A stretch of 64,000 nt of DNA, from NCBI GenBank assembly GCA_963708075.1, contig OY970194.1, forward strand, positions 1,184,001 to 1,248,000, read 5' to 3'. This stretch comes from Sedimentisphaerales bacterium (GTDB lineage Bacteria; Planctomycetota; Phycisphaerae; Sedimentisphaerales; Anaerobacaceae). How positions within the stretch are numbered: the stretch's first letter is position 1; each line of letters opens with the position of its first letter. Under the pieces are notes generated by a model. That model ran no database searches, was not told where the DNA came from, and worked only from the letters and a program-made list of their open reading frames with translations. A program made the translations under genes and the position numbers. Positions 21,444 to 31,815 of this stretch are shown here, piece after piece.

Positions 21444-22148
21444 ATGATGCTGCAGATGGTCAAAGCCAAGCGACGGCAGGTTGTGGTGGACGTCAACACC
21501 CAGCGGGACTTCCTGCTGGCGGACGGTCCCGCCTGCATCCGGAACCACCGGCGGGTCCTGGCGCACATCCGTCGCGTCATGGCCTGGGCCCGCGTCAGAG
21601 ATCTTCCCGTCATCTCCACATGCGAGGTCTACCCGGATGTCAACGGCGACGGCGAGCCGAGGTATTGTGTCGATGGCACGCTCGGCCAGCAGAAGATCGG
21701 GTACACCCTGATGCAGAACCGGGTGAGCTTCCCGGCCGACGGCAATACGGACCTGCCGCGAGACATGCTGCGCCGCTACCAGCAGGTGATTCTGCACAAG
21801 CGATGTCCGGACCCGTTCGATGAGCCGCGGATCGACCGGCTGCTCAGCGAGGTCTGTGCGGCGGAGTTCATCGTCATCGGCGTCAGCGCCGAAGGGGCGG
21901 TCAAGGCCGCTGCTCTCGGCCTGCTCCAGAGGGATAAGAAGGTCAGCGTCGTCATTGACGCCGTCGGCTATCACGATAACCACGAGGCGAAGATGGCGTT
22001 TCGGAAAATGGAGGCCAAGGGGGCAAGCCTGATCGAAACGCGCAAGCTTGCCGGGATTTCCCATCTTCGCGTAGTTGGCGTTTGCCACTGCGAAACCTGC
22101 CAGCGAATGTACCAGAAGGCGATGATCGGCCTGCCGCAGGAGAACTGA
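21444..22148 (+). CDS. Isochorismatase/cysteine-hydrolase family protein, catalytic Cys apparently absent
   Basis: VVDVNTQRDF, K..PDPF, and IGVSAEGAV where G..T..CV is expected. Confidence 0.8.
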   Translation: MMLQMVKAKRRQVVVDVNTQRDFLLADGPACIRNHRRVLAHIRRVMAWARVRDLPVISTCEVYPDVNGDGEPRYCVDGTLGQQKIGYTLMQNRVSFPADGNTDLPRDMLRRYQQVILHKRCPDPFDEPRIDRLLSEVCAAEFIVIGVSAEGAVKAAALGLLQRDKKVSVVIDAVGYHDNHEAKMAFRKMEAKGASLIETRKLAGISHLRVVGVCHCETCQRMYQKAMIGLPQEN

Positions 22149-22303
22149 TTCCGGCTTCGGAGAAGGTGTAGAGGGTCTTACGTCGCACGTCTCAGGTCCT
22201 GAGTCTCCCCGCTCTCAGTATCATCACTTTTCCCTCCCCACGAGTGTATGGCTGATGTTCGTGGGGGACCGTGCATCCATCCATGGTCACACGTTCTGAT
22301 GTG

Positions 22304-22332
22304 TTGACAGGGCTGGGCTGAATGACTATAGT
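22304..22332 (+). promoter_or_regulatory. Sigma70 promoter
   Basis: TTGACA-17 nt-TATAGT upstream of the M14/M16 genes. Confidence 0.6.
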
Positions 22333-22398
22333 GCGCGTTCGCTTCACGATGCGCAGCTAAGGGATGGCCGGGTCGTTCAACCAGTGGAAGGGAATGAG

Positions 22399-25053
22399 AT
22401 GGAGCGTCTTTCGCACACCGCCCTGGAGGGTGTTTCACGCAACGGGTGTCGCTTCTGCAGGATCGCATCGCTTCTTGTCTTCGGGTGGTTGGTCCTCTGT
22501 ACATGTGTGGCGTCGACGGTTTCAGGCCGCCAGACGGGGACGAAGCCTTCGTCGGTGATCGTGGATGCCAACTATCCGGGCGGCAACATTATTGTCGAGC
22601 GGATCGAGGGCGATACCGTCTATCTTCGGCCGGACCTGCGGGACACGCAGGGCTGGTGGTTCTACTGGGGTTTCCGCGTCCGCGGCGTGCAGGGGCGGAC
22701 ATTGACGTTTCGCTTCAGCGGCGACAATCCAATCGGCGTGCGCGGTCCGGCCGTGAGCACCGACGGCGGTCGAACCTGGGCCTGGCTCGGCACAGAGGCT
22801 GTGCAGGAGGCGTCGTTCAAATACACCTTCCCGGCGAATGCGAGTGAGACCCGGTTCTGCCTGGCAGTGCCATATCAGGAGTCGAATCTCAGGGAGTTTG
22901 TCGGCAGGTACAAAGGCAGCCCGCACGTGAGTGTGCATGAGCTCTGCAAGAGCCGCAAGGGCCGGAGCGTCGAGCGCGTGCACGTCGGCAGGCTCGATGG
23001 CGATGCCAGGTTCAGGGTTCTTGTGACGGCGCGACATCATGCCTGCGAGATGATGGCGAACTACGCGATGGAGGGATTGCTGGAGGCCGTGCTGGCGGAT
23101 AATGACGATGGGTACTGGCTGCGGCGCAATGTCGAGGTCCTCGCGATTCCGTTCGTGGACAAGGATGGTGTCGAGGACGGCGACCAAGGCAAGAATCGCA
23201 AGCCCCGCGACCACAACCGCGACTACATCGGCCAGAGCATCCATCCATCCGTTGCCGCCCTGCGAACCTTCGTGCCGAACTGGTCGAATGGCAAACTGAC
23301 GGCGGCGTTTGACTTGCATTGTCCTTACATCCGCGGGCAGTACAACGAGGTTATCTACATCGTCGGCAGCTCCGATGAGGCGATGTGGCAACGGCAGCGC
23401 GAGTTCGGGCGGCTTCTCGAAACCGTGCAGAGCGGGCCGGTGGCTTATCATGCCTCCGACAACCTGCCCTTCGGCAAGGCCTGGAACACGGGGACGAACA
23501 CGAGCAGCGGCAAGAGCTTCAGCCAATGGGCGAGCGCCCTGGAGGACATCCGGCTGTCGGCGTCGTTCGAGATTCCCTATGCCAACGCGAGCGGCCAGCC
23601 GGTGACGGCCGACACCGCCCGTGCGTTCGGCCGCAGCCTGGCCAAGGCCATTCGCGCGTACCTGGAGCGCGTCAACGAACCTGACGGCAAGGCCACTTCG
23701 CCGCCGGTACGTGTCGATGGCGTGTTCCCGAGTCTGACGGTAATGGCGAAAGGCACGGGCAGCAATTCCGAGGCGGGCATCGGTGCCTTGATTCCCTGGG
23801 CACAGAAGCTCTGGGCGGTGGGGTACGTCGCGCACATCAGCGGGCAGGGCCTGGGCCTGTACGAGATCAGCGAGGACATGACGATGCGGCGGCACCCGGC
23901 CTCGGTCACGGGGACATTCGCCAACCGGATGGCGCATTGGCCGAGCGGGCAGGCCTTCATCGGCCCGTACGCGATTGACGCCGATGGCAATGTCCGCGTA
24001 ATCGAGGGCCTCAAGGGCGTTCGCCTGGCCGCCACGTGCGAGCACCTGACCGACCCGGCGAACAAGGTCTATTTCCTCGGCATGGAAGGGCGGTTCTGGG
24101 AGGCGGACGTCCATACGCTGGAGGTCACGCCGCTTTTCGATCTTGTGAAGGAGCTGGAGATCAACGCCACGCCGCACTTCAAGAGCGGCTATTCCGCCGC
24201 GGGACGCGTCGTCGTCGCGAACAACACCTATGACGAGCAGGAGTTCCAGGGCAAGCGTGACGCCGGACGCTTGGCCGAGTGGGACGGCAAAAAGTGGACG
24301 ATCATCGAGCGCAATCCTTTCGTCGAGGTCCACGGCAGCGCCGGCAGCGGCTCTTATGGCGGCAACACGATCTATGCGACCGGCTGGACCAGGTCGAGCG
24401 TCGTGCTGCGGGCGCTGGTCAAGGGCCAGTGGCAGCGATACCTGTTGCCGAAAGCGAGCCAGACGTGGGAGCACGCGTGGAACACGGAATGGATGCGGAT
24501 TCGCCACGCCGTCACGGAGCGGCTGCTGATGGATGCCCACGGCATGTTCTACGAGCTGCCGCCGTTCTCCTATGGCGGCCACATCTGGGGGATTCGCCCG
24601 ATTTGCTCGCACCTGCGCGTCGTGCCGGACTTCTGCTACTGGCGGGGCCTGTTCGTCATGGCCTCCGACCAGATCGACCACGACCAGGGCCAGCCGCAAT
24701 CCGGATTCTGGTTCGGCAATATCGATGACCTGTGGAAGATGGGCAAGCCTGCCGGCTGGGGCGGACCCTGGTGGAACGCGTCTGTTAAAGCAGGAGAGGT
24801 ATCTGACCCGTTCCTGATGACCGGGTTCGACAAAAAGGTGGTGCACCTCGCTCATCAGTCCGACCAGGAGGTGACGTTCACCGTGGAGGTCGATTTCCTC
24901 GGCGACGGGAGTTGGCGACCGTACAAGTCCTTCACGGTCGCCCCGCCGCAGCGGTATATCCATCACGAGTTCCCGAACGGTTTTTCCGCGCACTGGGTCC
25001 GCATAAGAGTAGACAAGGACTGCGTCGCTACTGTATACCTGTTCTACAACTGA
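22399..25053 (+). CDS. M14-type zinc carboxypeptidase fused to an unknown Trp/Gly-rich C-terminal domain
   Basis: ARHHACE (HxxE), PFVDKDGV..G..GKNR, DHNRDY, FDLH; linker near PDGKATSPP. Confidence 0.7.
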   Translation: MERLSHTALEGVSRNGCRFCRIASLLVFGWLVLCTCVASTVSGRQTGTKPSSVIVDANYPGGNIIVERIEGDTVYLRPDLRDTQGWWFYWGFRVRGVQGRTLTFRFSGDNPIGVRGPAVSTDGGRTWAWLGTEAVQEASFKYTFPANASETRFCLAVPYQESNLREFVGRYKGSPHVSVHELCKSRKGRSVERVHVGRLDGDARFRVLVTARHHACEMMANYAMEGLLEAVLADNDDGYWLRRNVEVLAIPFVDKDGVEDGDQGKNRKPRDHNRDYIGQSIHPSVAALRTFVPNWSNGKLTAAFDLHCPYIRGQYNEVIYIVGSSDEAMWQRQREFGRLLETVQSGPVAYHASDNLPFGKAWNTGTNTSSGKSFSQWASALEDIRLSASFEIPYANASGQPVTADTARAFGRSLAKAIRAYLERVNEPDGKATSPPVRVDGVFPSLTVMAKGTGSNSEAGIGALIPWAQKLWAVGYVAHISGQGLGLYEISEDMTMRRHPASVTGTFANRMAHWPSGQAFIGPYAIDADGNVRVIEGLKGVRLAATCEHLTDPANKVYFLGMEGRFWEADVHTLEVTPLFDLVKELEINATPHFKSGYSAAGRVVVANNTYDEQEFQGKRDAGRLAEWDGKKWTIIERNPFVEVHGSAGSGSYGGNTIYATGWTRSSVVLRALVKGQWQRYLLPKASQTWEHAWNTEWMRIRHAVTERLLMDAHGMFYELPPFSYGGHIWGIRPICSHLRVVPDFCYWRGLFVMASDQIDHDQGQPQSGFWFGNIDDLWKMGKPAGWGGPWWNASVKAGEVSDPFLMTGFDKKVVHLAHQSDQEVTFTVEVDFLGDGSWRPYKSFTVAPPQRYIHHEFPNGFSAHWVRIRVDKDCVATVYLFYN

Positions 25054-25101
25054 TTCGCGAGGCAGGGGGCAGATGATCACGCACTATTAAGGAGTCGAGA
25101 T

Positions 25102-26602
25102 ATGCAGCACATTGGCAAGCACATAGGTCCGGTCGTGGCCCTGTTTGTGTTGTTCGTTGGGCCGGCCGTGATGGGTCAGGACCTCGCCGAGTTCGAGAAA
25201 CGCCTGACGGAGTTCTCGCTGGATAATGGCCTGAAATTCCTCGTGCTCGAGCGCCACGAGGTCCCGGTCGTCTCCTTCCACACCTACGCCGATGTCGGTG
25301 CGGTCGATGAGGTCAAGGGGATCACCGGCATGGCCCACATCTTTGAGCACATGGCCTTCAAGGGCACCAAGACCATCGGCACGAAGAACTACCAGGCCGA
25401 AGCGGCCGCCATGGCGAAGATGGACGAGCTATTCAATGCCATCAAGCAGGAGAAACGCAAAGGCGACCAGGCGGACCCGGAGGTCCTCAAGAAGCTCCAA
25501 GAGCAGTTCGAGCAAGCAGGGGCTGAGGCGCAGAAGTACATCGTCAACGACGAATACGAGGAGGCGCTCACCCAGCAAGGCGCAGATGGTTTCAACGCCT
25601 ACACCAGCGAGGACGCGACGCAATACATCGTCAGTCTGCCGTCGAACAAGCTGGAGCTTTGGATGATGCTGGAAGCGGGGCGGTTCGCCAATCCGGTGCT
25701 GCGCGAGTTCTACAAGGAGAAGGACGTGGTCATGGAGGAGCGGCGGATGATGGAGAACTCGCCGACCGGGCGCCTGTACGAGGAGTTCCAGGGCATTGCG
25801 TTCCTGGCGCACCCGTACGGCGAGGGCGTGATCGGCCACATGAGCGACCTGCAGACCCTCACTCGCGGCGAAGCCGACGCATTTTTCCACAAATACTACG
25901 GCCCGAGCAATTTGACCATCGCGATTGTGGGCGACGCCGATCCGGCGAATGTGAAGCGATTGGCCCGGGAGTATTTTGCAGGCATTCCCAGCGGACCGAA
26001 GCCGGAGCCGGTCGAGACGGTCGAGCCGCCCCAGCGAGGCGAGCGGCGCGTCACGGTGGAAGACGCGGCACAGCCGATCATCCTGATCGGTTACCACCAG
26101 CCGAACGTGAATCATCCCGACAGCACGGTGCTTCAGGTCCTCGCCGATACCGTCGGCTATGGGCGGACCTCGAGACTGTACAAGAATCTCGTGAAAGATA
26201 AGAAGATCGCGGTCTCGGCCAACGCCGGACCGATGCTGAACAAGTATCCGGCCCTGTTCATATTCATGGCCGTGCCGGCTAAAGGCCGCACGAACCAGGA
26301 ATGCGAGCAGGCCATCTACGCGGAAATCGAGAAGTTCAAGACGGAGCTCGGTGACGCCGGAAGAGCTGCTCAAGGCGAAGACCCGCAGCCGGGCCGATCT
26401 GATTCGCCAGCTCGATTCCAACTCCGGGCTGGCCGCACAACTGACGTTTTACGAAGTGGTCACCGGCGACTGGCGCAATCTCTTCACCCAGTTGGACAGG
26501 ATCGACAAAGTGACCGCAGAGGATGTGCAGCGGGTAGCCAAGACGTATTTCACGACCAAGAATCGCACGGTCGGCACTATCGAAACGACCGCGAGCCGAT
26601 AA
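25102..26602 (+). CDS. M16 (pitrilysin-like) peptidase catalytic subunit, 1-nt frameshift near 26349
   Basis: TGMAHIFEHMAFKGT (HxxEH), NAYTS.D.T.Y, EERR; C-terminus VTPEEL...IDKVTAEDVQRVAKTYF in ORF 26351-26602. Confidence 0.9.
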
Positions 26603-26614
26603 GGGGAGCCAGGT

Positions 26615-28195
26615 ATGAAAAACACGCCAATCACACGAGCTGTTCTGGTATTGATATGCGTCGCTCTGATCGCCGGATGCGCCGGCGGGACTTCGTCTCG
26701 ACCCAGCCCATCGGTGGCCAGCGAGCCTCAGACCTCGACGGGTGGCAGCGTCAAGGCCGAAGGCCTTGGCGATGGCGGATCGGTAAACCATCGCCAAGCT
26801 GCGCTTGACGCTGCCACCCAGACGCAGACGGGGCGGGGCTACAAGCAGTTGAAGTACCCGAAACTGCGCGACATCAAGGTGCCGGACGTGGAGCGGGTGA
26901 CCTTGCCCAATGGGATGCAATTGTTCCTGCTGGAGGACCATGAGCTTCCGCTGATCCACGTGTCGGCCGTGATTCGGACCGGCTCCGTGTACGAGCCGGC
27001 CGACAAAATCGGGCTGGCCGGCCTCACGGGCACCGTAATGCGCACGGGCGGCACGGCCAGCAAAACGGGCGATGAGATCGACGAGCAGTTGGAGCAAATC
27101 GCCGCGACGGTCGAGACGGGTATCGGTCGAAGCTCGGGCAGCGCATTCATGTCGGTGCTGAAGGAGGACGTCGATACAGGGCTTTCCATCCTGGCCGACG
27201 TGCTGATGAATCCGGCGTTTCGTGAGGACAAGATCGAGCTCGCCAAGATCTCCGCGCGCACCGGGATCGCCCGCCGCAACGATAACCCCGGCAGCATCGC
27301 ATCGCGGGAGTATGCCAAGCTGATCTATGGTCCCGAGAGCGCCTATGCCCGGCACACCGAGTATGCCACCATCGACAACATCAGTCGGGACGATATGGTG
27401 GCCTTGCATCGCAAATTCTACCACCCGAACAATACGATGATGGCCGTGTGGGGCGACTTCAAGACCGAGCAGATGGTCGCGAAGATCAAGGAGGTATTCA
27501 AGGACTGGCCCAAGGCCGATGTCGAGGTCCCGCCTGTCCCGGAGGTGAAATACGAATTCCGGTCCACGGTGAACGTCGTCACCAAGGAAGATATGAACCA
27601 GAGCGTCATACGGCTTGGCCACGTCGGCGGCGTGATGAGCGACCCGGACTACTTTGCGCTCATGGTGATGAACGAGATCCTGGGCAGCGGGTTCACCAGC
27701 CGGCTGTTCAAGAACGTGCGATCCCGGCAGGGGCTGGCCTACTCCGTTTTCGGCGTCTACTCGGCGGATTTCGACCATCCAGGCATGTTCTTCGTCGGGT
27801 CCCAGACGAAACTGCAGAGCACCGTCCACGCCACGGAGGCGATGATCGAGGAGGTGCGCAAGATGACGCAGAGCGAGGTCACGGATGAGGAGCTGGCCCT
27901 CGCGAAGGACAGCTTCCTGAACTCGTTCGTATTCAACTTCGAGAGCCGCGGCCAGATCGTCAATCGCCTGATGACCTACGTCTACTACGGCTACCCCGAG
28001 GACTTCCTGCAAAAGACGAAGGAGAATGTCGAGAAAGTGACGAAGGCGGACGTGCTGCGCGTGGCGAAAGAGCACCTGCGTCCCGACAAGGTCCAGATCC
28101 TGATCGTAGGCAAACCCGAGGAGCTGGACAAGCCCCCGTCCACCCTCGGCGAGGTGAAGGCCATCGACATCACGATCCCGTCACCGAAGCAGTGA
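26615..28195 (+). CDS. M16 non-catalytic partner subunit, lipoprotein
   Basis: Lipobox LIAGC; EDHELPL, SRLFKNVRSRQGLAYSV; no HxxEH. Confidence 0.88.
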   Translation: MKNTPITRAVLVLICVALIAGCAGGTSSRPSPSVASEPQTSTGGSVKAEGLGDGGSVNHRQAALDAATQTQTGRGYKQLKYPKLRDIKVPDVERVTLPNGMQLFLLEDHELPLIHVSAVIRTGSVYEPADKIGLAGLTGTVMRTGGTASKTGDEIDEQLEQIAATVETGIGRSSGSAFMSVLKEDVDTGLSILADVLMNPAFREDKIELAKISARTGIARRNDNPGSIASREYAKLIYGPESAYARHTEYATIDNISRDDMVALHRKFYHPNNTMMAVWGDFKTEQMVAKIKEVFKDWPKADVEVPPVPEVKYEFRSTVNVVTKEDMNQSVIRLGHVGGVMSDPDYFALMVMNEILGSGFTSRLFKNVRSRQGLAYSVFGVYSADFDHPGMFFVGSQTKLQSTVHATEAMIEEVRKMTQSEVTDEELALAKDSFLNSFVFNFESRGQIVNRLMTYVYYGYPEDFLQKTKENVEKVTKADVLRVAKEHLRPDKVQILIVGKPEELDKPPSTLGEVKAIDITIPSPKQ

Positions 28196-28434
28196 CCCTT
28201 GGGGCCTCCGTCCCCAAACCCCTGGCATTTTCCGCCTTGGGCCAATAGCATGACAGGAGAAGCAGAGAGCGCCCGTTCGTAGTGACGCCGTAAGGCGTTT
28301 CTCCGTAGGTTGCGCGTCCTCGCACGACCCTTTTGGCGAGGCCAAACGCATGCCGCGAGATGTTGCCGCAGAGTGGACTCCGAACTGGCACAGAGGAGCT
28401 TGTTTTGGTCCGAAGCATCTCGTACACTATTCAC

Positions 28435-28563
28435 ATGAGAGCGGCCAAGGATGATCTGCTTCGGGTGATTGATGAAAGCGGCAAAGACTACCTCTACCAT
28501 CGCAGCCAGTTTATCCTTGTTGAGTTTCCGGCAGAGGTAGAGCGGGCATTGACGAGGGTCTGA
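28435..28563 (+). pseudogene. 3' remnant of a small conserved hypothetical gene
   Basis: AAKDDLLRVIDESGKDYLYHRSQFILVEFPAEVERAL resembles a recurring RVIDESGEDYLY small-protein family (from memory); no good 5' part. Confidence 0.45.
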
Positions 28564-28678
28564 CTGCTTATGCGGGGCGACCAAAAGGGCGCTGCGGGGA
28601 AAAGCAGAATGTCTCTTCTATTCGCCCTGGGCCGGATAGGTACGACAAGGCCGCGTACTCGCGAGAGGTCATTGAACT

Positions 28679-30052
28679 ATGCAGACAGTACTAGAGTATA
28701 TCAGGCATACAGGGCTGGTCGTCCGTGGCCACGTCAATATTGAAAAGGTTAGCCGCCTCTCGAAGGGCCAGGTCATAGACATCGCTGAGGATCTCGCGTC
28801 TCTGACGCGACCCGAAGAGCAGAATGCAGCAGGCGCAATCTGTACGCACTGCGCATCTGTCTCGTTGGGTGGCGGGCGTGACGACTGTGCCTGGGTAGAG
28901 TGCCGGAGGGAGCGTCTTGATGCTCTTGTGCGTTTCGCAGCATTCTACAGTGATCGTGTGTTCATACGCAACTTCTTCTGTGATTATGAGGACCATCAAG
29001 AATGCTCAGTAGACGAACTGGGGATGAGTCTGGCCGATGATGTGTCACTCATCCTCCACATCAGCCCATTATTGGAAAAGGGTCTACTGGCCCTTGCCTC
29101 GGAGGACTGTGTCTGTTTGGACTGCCTCGGAGAGGCACTGGGTTTTGGACCCAGATGTGGGCCAGAGTTCAAGCGTGCACGGGACAATCTCGCCAACGAA
29201 TTTCTCGACAGACTCTCTGCAACGGCAGTCCTGGAGCAAGGAGAGATATCGGTCGAAACATCGTGCCCAAAGCCGTACTCTGAGTGTGACCAGATTCTGA
29301 CGTGGCCTCAAACACCTTCCGCCCTGCGAGGCAAGGCGAGAATCATGAGCCAGCTTTCAACGGGGGCTCGGGTACGACTCTCTAAGACGATGATCAGGGC
29401 CTTGGGAGTCCACCGTGATCTCGCGGCGAACGTGGTGCATAGTGCGGTTTACCATGCGATCGTGAATCGCCATCTAAGCGCATCCTTTCTTACGAACAAA
29501 GAGTTGGAACTCGCTTTCTTGAACAGAGCTTCGGGCGACATGGCACTTGAACGAAGGAATGCAATCGCTATGAAACACCTAACCGCTCTTGTTCCTTTTG
29601 TCATTGACGTTCCTGTGAATAAGCTGTCTGCGCTACGCAGTCGAGAGGCAGAGAGTTTCTTGCGATTCCGTTCAGCATTCAACAAGACAATTGCTGAGTT
29701 CGGGAGTCGCGACAGCGGGTTCTCTGCCAAGGTAGCTCAGCAACTCTACGGTGATGTACTGGCGCCTGAATTGGCGCGACTCGACAATAAGGTGAAGAGG
29801 GCAAAGCGGGATCTAGTCAGTTCCGCAGCGCGACCACTTGTCGGCGTGGTTGGAGCAATCTCATTTGGCCTTCTGAGTGGCCTGATACCGGCGGAAGTGG
29901 CGCAGATTGCTCAGGCGGTTGGCATTACCTCATTTGGCTCAGCATTCGTTGAAAAGCTGATGGGACTTGGAGATGCCGAAAGAGCCGTTCAGCAGGACGA
30001 CTTCTACTTCCTTTGGAAAGTGAAAAGCCTTGCGAGGAGGCGGAAGGCGTAA
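28679..30052 (+). CDS. Hypothetical 457-aa protein, Cys-rich N-half and hydrophobic C-terminal hairpin
   Basis: Long ORF with non-host codon use; CTHC and CVCLDC motifs; [18 protein letters not shown] segment. Confidence 0.8.
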   Translation: MQTVLEYIRHTGLVVRGHVNIEKVSRLSKGQVIDIAEDLASLTRPEEQNAAGAICTHCASVSLGGGRDDCAWVECRRERLDALVRFAAFYSDRVFIRNFFCDYEDHQECSVDELGMSLADDVSLILHISPLLEKGLLALASEDCVCLDCLGEALGFGPRCGPEFKRARDNLANEFLDRLSATAVLEQGEISVETSCPKPYSECDQILTWPQTPSALRGKARIMSQLSTGARVRLSKTMIRALGVHRDLAANVVHSAVYHAIVNRHLSASFLTNKELELAFLNRASGDMALERRNAIAMKHLTALVPFVIDVPVNKLSALRSREAESFLRFRSAFNKTIAEFGSRDSGFSAKVAQQLYGDVLAPELARLDNKVKRAKRDLVSSAARPLVGVVGAISFGLLSGLIPAEVAQIAQAVGITSFGSAFVEKLMGLGDAERAVQQDDFYFLWKVKSLARRRKA

Positions 30053-30267
30053 CATCCTTGGCCTGCATGGCGGTGGAAAACGGGGGAACGGGACGGTGTC
30101 AGGTACTTTTTCATGCCGTCTCACAGATCACGTCTCACTAGTTCTTGCTGGTCTCTCTGGGTTGGGCCTGGAGCCAAATAACGGCGTATCTTTCTTCATA
30201 TCATGCAACTGGCCCAAAGCGCAAAATGCCAGGGGTTCGGGGACGGCGGCCCCGGTCGCAGATCCGT

Positions 30268-30296
30268 TTGACCGCAGGGGGGTGTTGCGGTATAAA
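30268..30296 (+). promoter_or_regulatory. Sigma70 promoter
   Basis: TTGACC-17 nt-TATAAA upstream of the sulfatase. Confidence 0.55.
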
Positions 30297-30362
30297 AGCC
30301 GGCATGGTGTCGCTTGCGCAACGCCATTCTCTGGATTCGTACAACTCGTCGGAGAGAGATTG

Positions 30363-31799
30363 ATGCAGACGCGAAGAGAGTTTTTGAAGGTGGCGGGAGC
30401 GGCGGCGGTGGGGCTGGGGGCGGTTGTGCCTGGGTGCCGGAGCGTGGAAGAGGGGCGAAAAGAGGCGGGCTCGCGGGACAGGCCAAACATCATCTTCATT
30501 CTGGCGGACGATCTGGGGTATGGGGATCTTGGCTGCTATGGGCAGGAGACGATTCAGACGCCGAATTTGGATCGCATGGCCGCCGAGGGCATGATCTTCA
30601 CCGATCATTACTCCGGCACCTGCGTGTGTGCGCCGTCGCGATGTTCTCTGATGACCGGCTTGCATACGGGGCATGCATACATTCGCGGCAACAGCGAGGT
30701 CAAGCCGATGGGTCAGTTGCCTCTGCCGCCTGAGACCGTGACGGCACCGAAGCTCTTGAAGCAGGCCGGCTATACCACGGGCTTGGTCGGCAAGTGGGGC
30801 TTGGGCGGGCCGGACAGCACGGGCATTCCGAACAAGCAGGGCTTCGACTACTTCTTTGGCTATCTGTGCCAGCGCCACGCGCACAACTACTACCCGGAGT
30901 TCCTCTTTCGAAATGAGGAGCGCGTCCCGCTCGGCAACGAGGTCACGCCGGTCAATCCGCCCGGCGGCGTAGCGACAAAACGCGTTCAGTACTCCAGCGA
31001 TCTGTTCACGGCTGCGGCTCTCGATTTCGTATCGCGCAACAAACGCAAGCCGTTCTTCCTGTACCTGGCCTACACGATCCCGCATGCAAACAACGAGGCG
31101 AAGCAGGACGGCATGGAAGTGCCATCCTACGGCCCGTATGCGAACGAGAATTGGCCCAAGCCGCAGAAGGGCCACGCTGCCATGATCACGCGGATGGATG
31201 CGGATATCGGCAGGCTGTTCGCCCGGCTGAAAGCCCTCGGGCTCGACAAGAAAACGCTGGTGCTCTTCTCCAGCGACAACGGGCCGCACAAGGAGGGCGG
31301 GGCGGACCCGGATTTCTTCGACAGCAACGGAGCTTTGCGCGGCCAGAAGCGCGACCTCTATGAAGCCGGCATTCGCGTGCCGCTGATCGCCCGCTGGCCC
31401 GGCCGGATTGCCGCCGGCTCGGGGACGAATCACGTCTCGGCCTTCTGGGATTTCCTGCCGACCTGCTGCGACCTGGCCGGCGTCACGCCGCCGGAGAACA
31501 TCGACGGCATTTCCCTCCTGCCCACCTTGCTCGGGGAGCCGGAGCGACAACAGAAGCATCCGTACCTCTACTGGGAATTCCACGAGCAGGGCAAGAAACA
31601 GGCCGTGCGTATGGGCGATTGGAAGGCCGCCCGGCTGAACGCGGCCAAGGACCCGAACGGGCCCATCGAGTTGTACAACCTCAAGGACGATCTCGGCGAG
31701 GAGCACAACGTCGCCGGCCAGCACCCGGAAATCACAGGGCAAATGACCCAGATCATGAAGGCGGCACGGACCCCCTCGGAGCGGTGGCCGTGGCCGTGA
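30363..31799 (+). CDS. Tat-exported formylglycine-dependent arylsulfatase
   Basis: [40 protein letters not shown]. Confidence 0.95.
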   Translation: MQTRREFLKVAGAAAVGLGAVVPGCRSVEEGRKEAGSRDRPNIIFILADDLGYGDLGCYGQETIQTPNLDRMAAEGMIFTDHYSGTCVCAPSRCSLMTGLHTGHAYIRGNSEVKPMGQLPLPPETVTAPKLLKQAGYTTGLVGKWGLGGPDSTGIPNKQGFDYFFGYLCQRHAHNYYPEFLFRNEERVPLGNEVTPVNPPGGVATKRVQYSSDLFTAAALDFVSRNKRKPFFLYLAYTIPHANNEAKQDGMEVPSYGPYANENWPKPQKGHAAMITRMDADIGRLFARLKALGLDKKTLVLFSSDNGPHKEGGADPDFFDSNGALRGQKRDLYEAGIRVPLIARWPGRIAAGSGTNHVSAFWDFLPTCCDLAGVTPPENIDGISLLPTLLGEPERQQKHPYLYWEFHEQGKKQAVRMGDWKAARLNAAKDPNGPIELYNLKDDLGEEHNVAGQHPEITGQMTQIMKAARTPSERWPWP

Positions 31800-31815
31800 T
31801 CTGCAGGAGGGCAGA

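Larger units (their letters stand above)
28201..30253. mobile_element. Accessory segment bounded by 53-bp imperfect inverted repeats, no transposase
   Basis: 28201-28253 matches the reverse complement of 30201-30253 at 47/53 nt; encloses a lower-GC gene. Confidence 0.55.

Noticed and set aside
22522..25080. Long antisense ORFs (also 26336-28075, 30201-31916, 43727-45640, 49581-51737)
   Set aside because: Shadow frames of real high-GC genes, with no motifs
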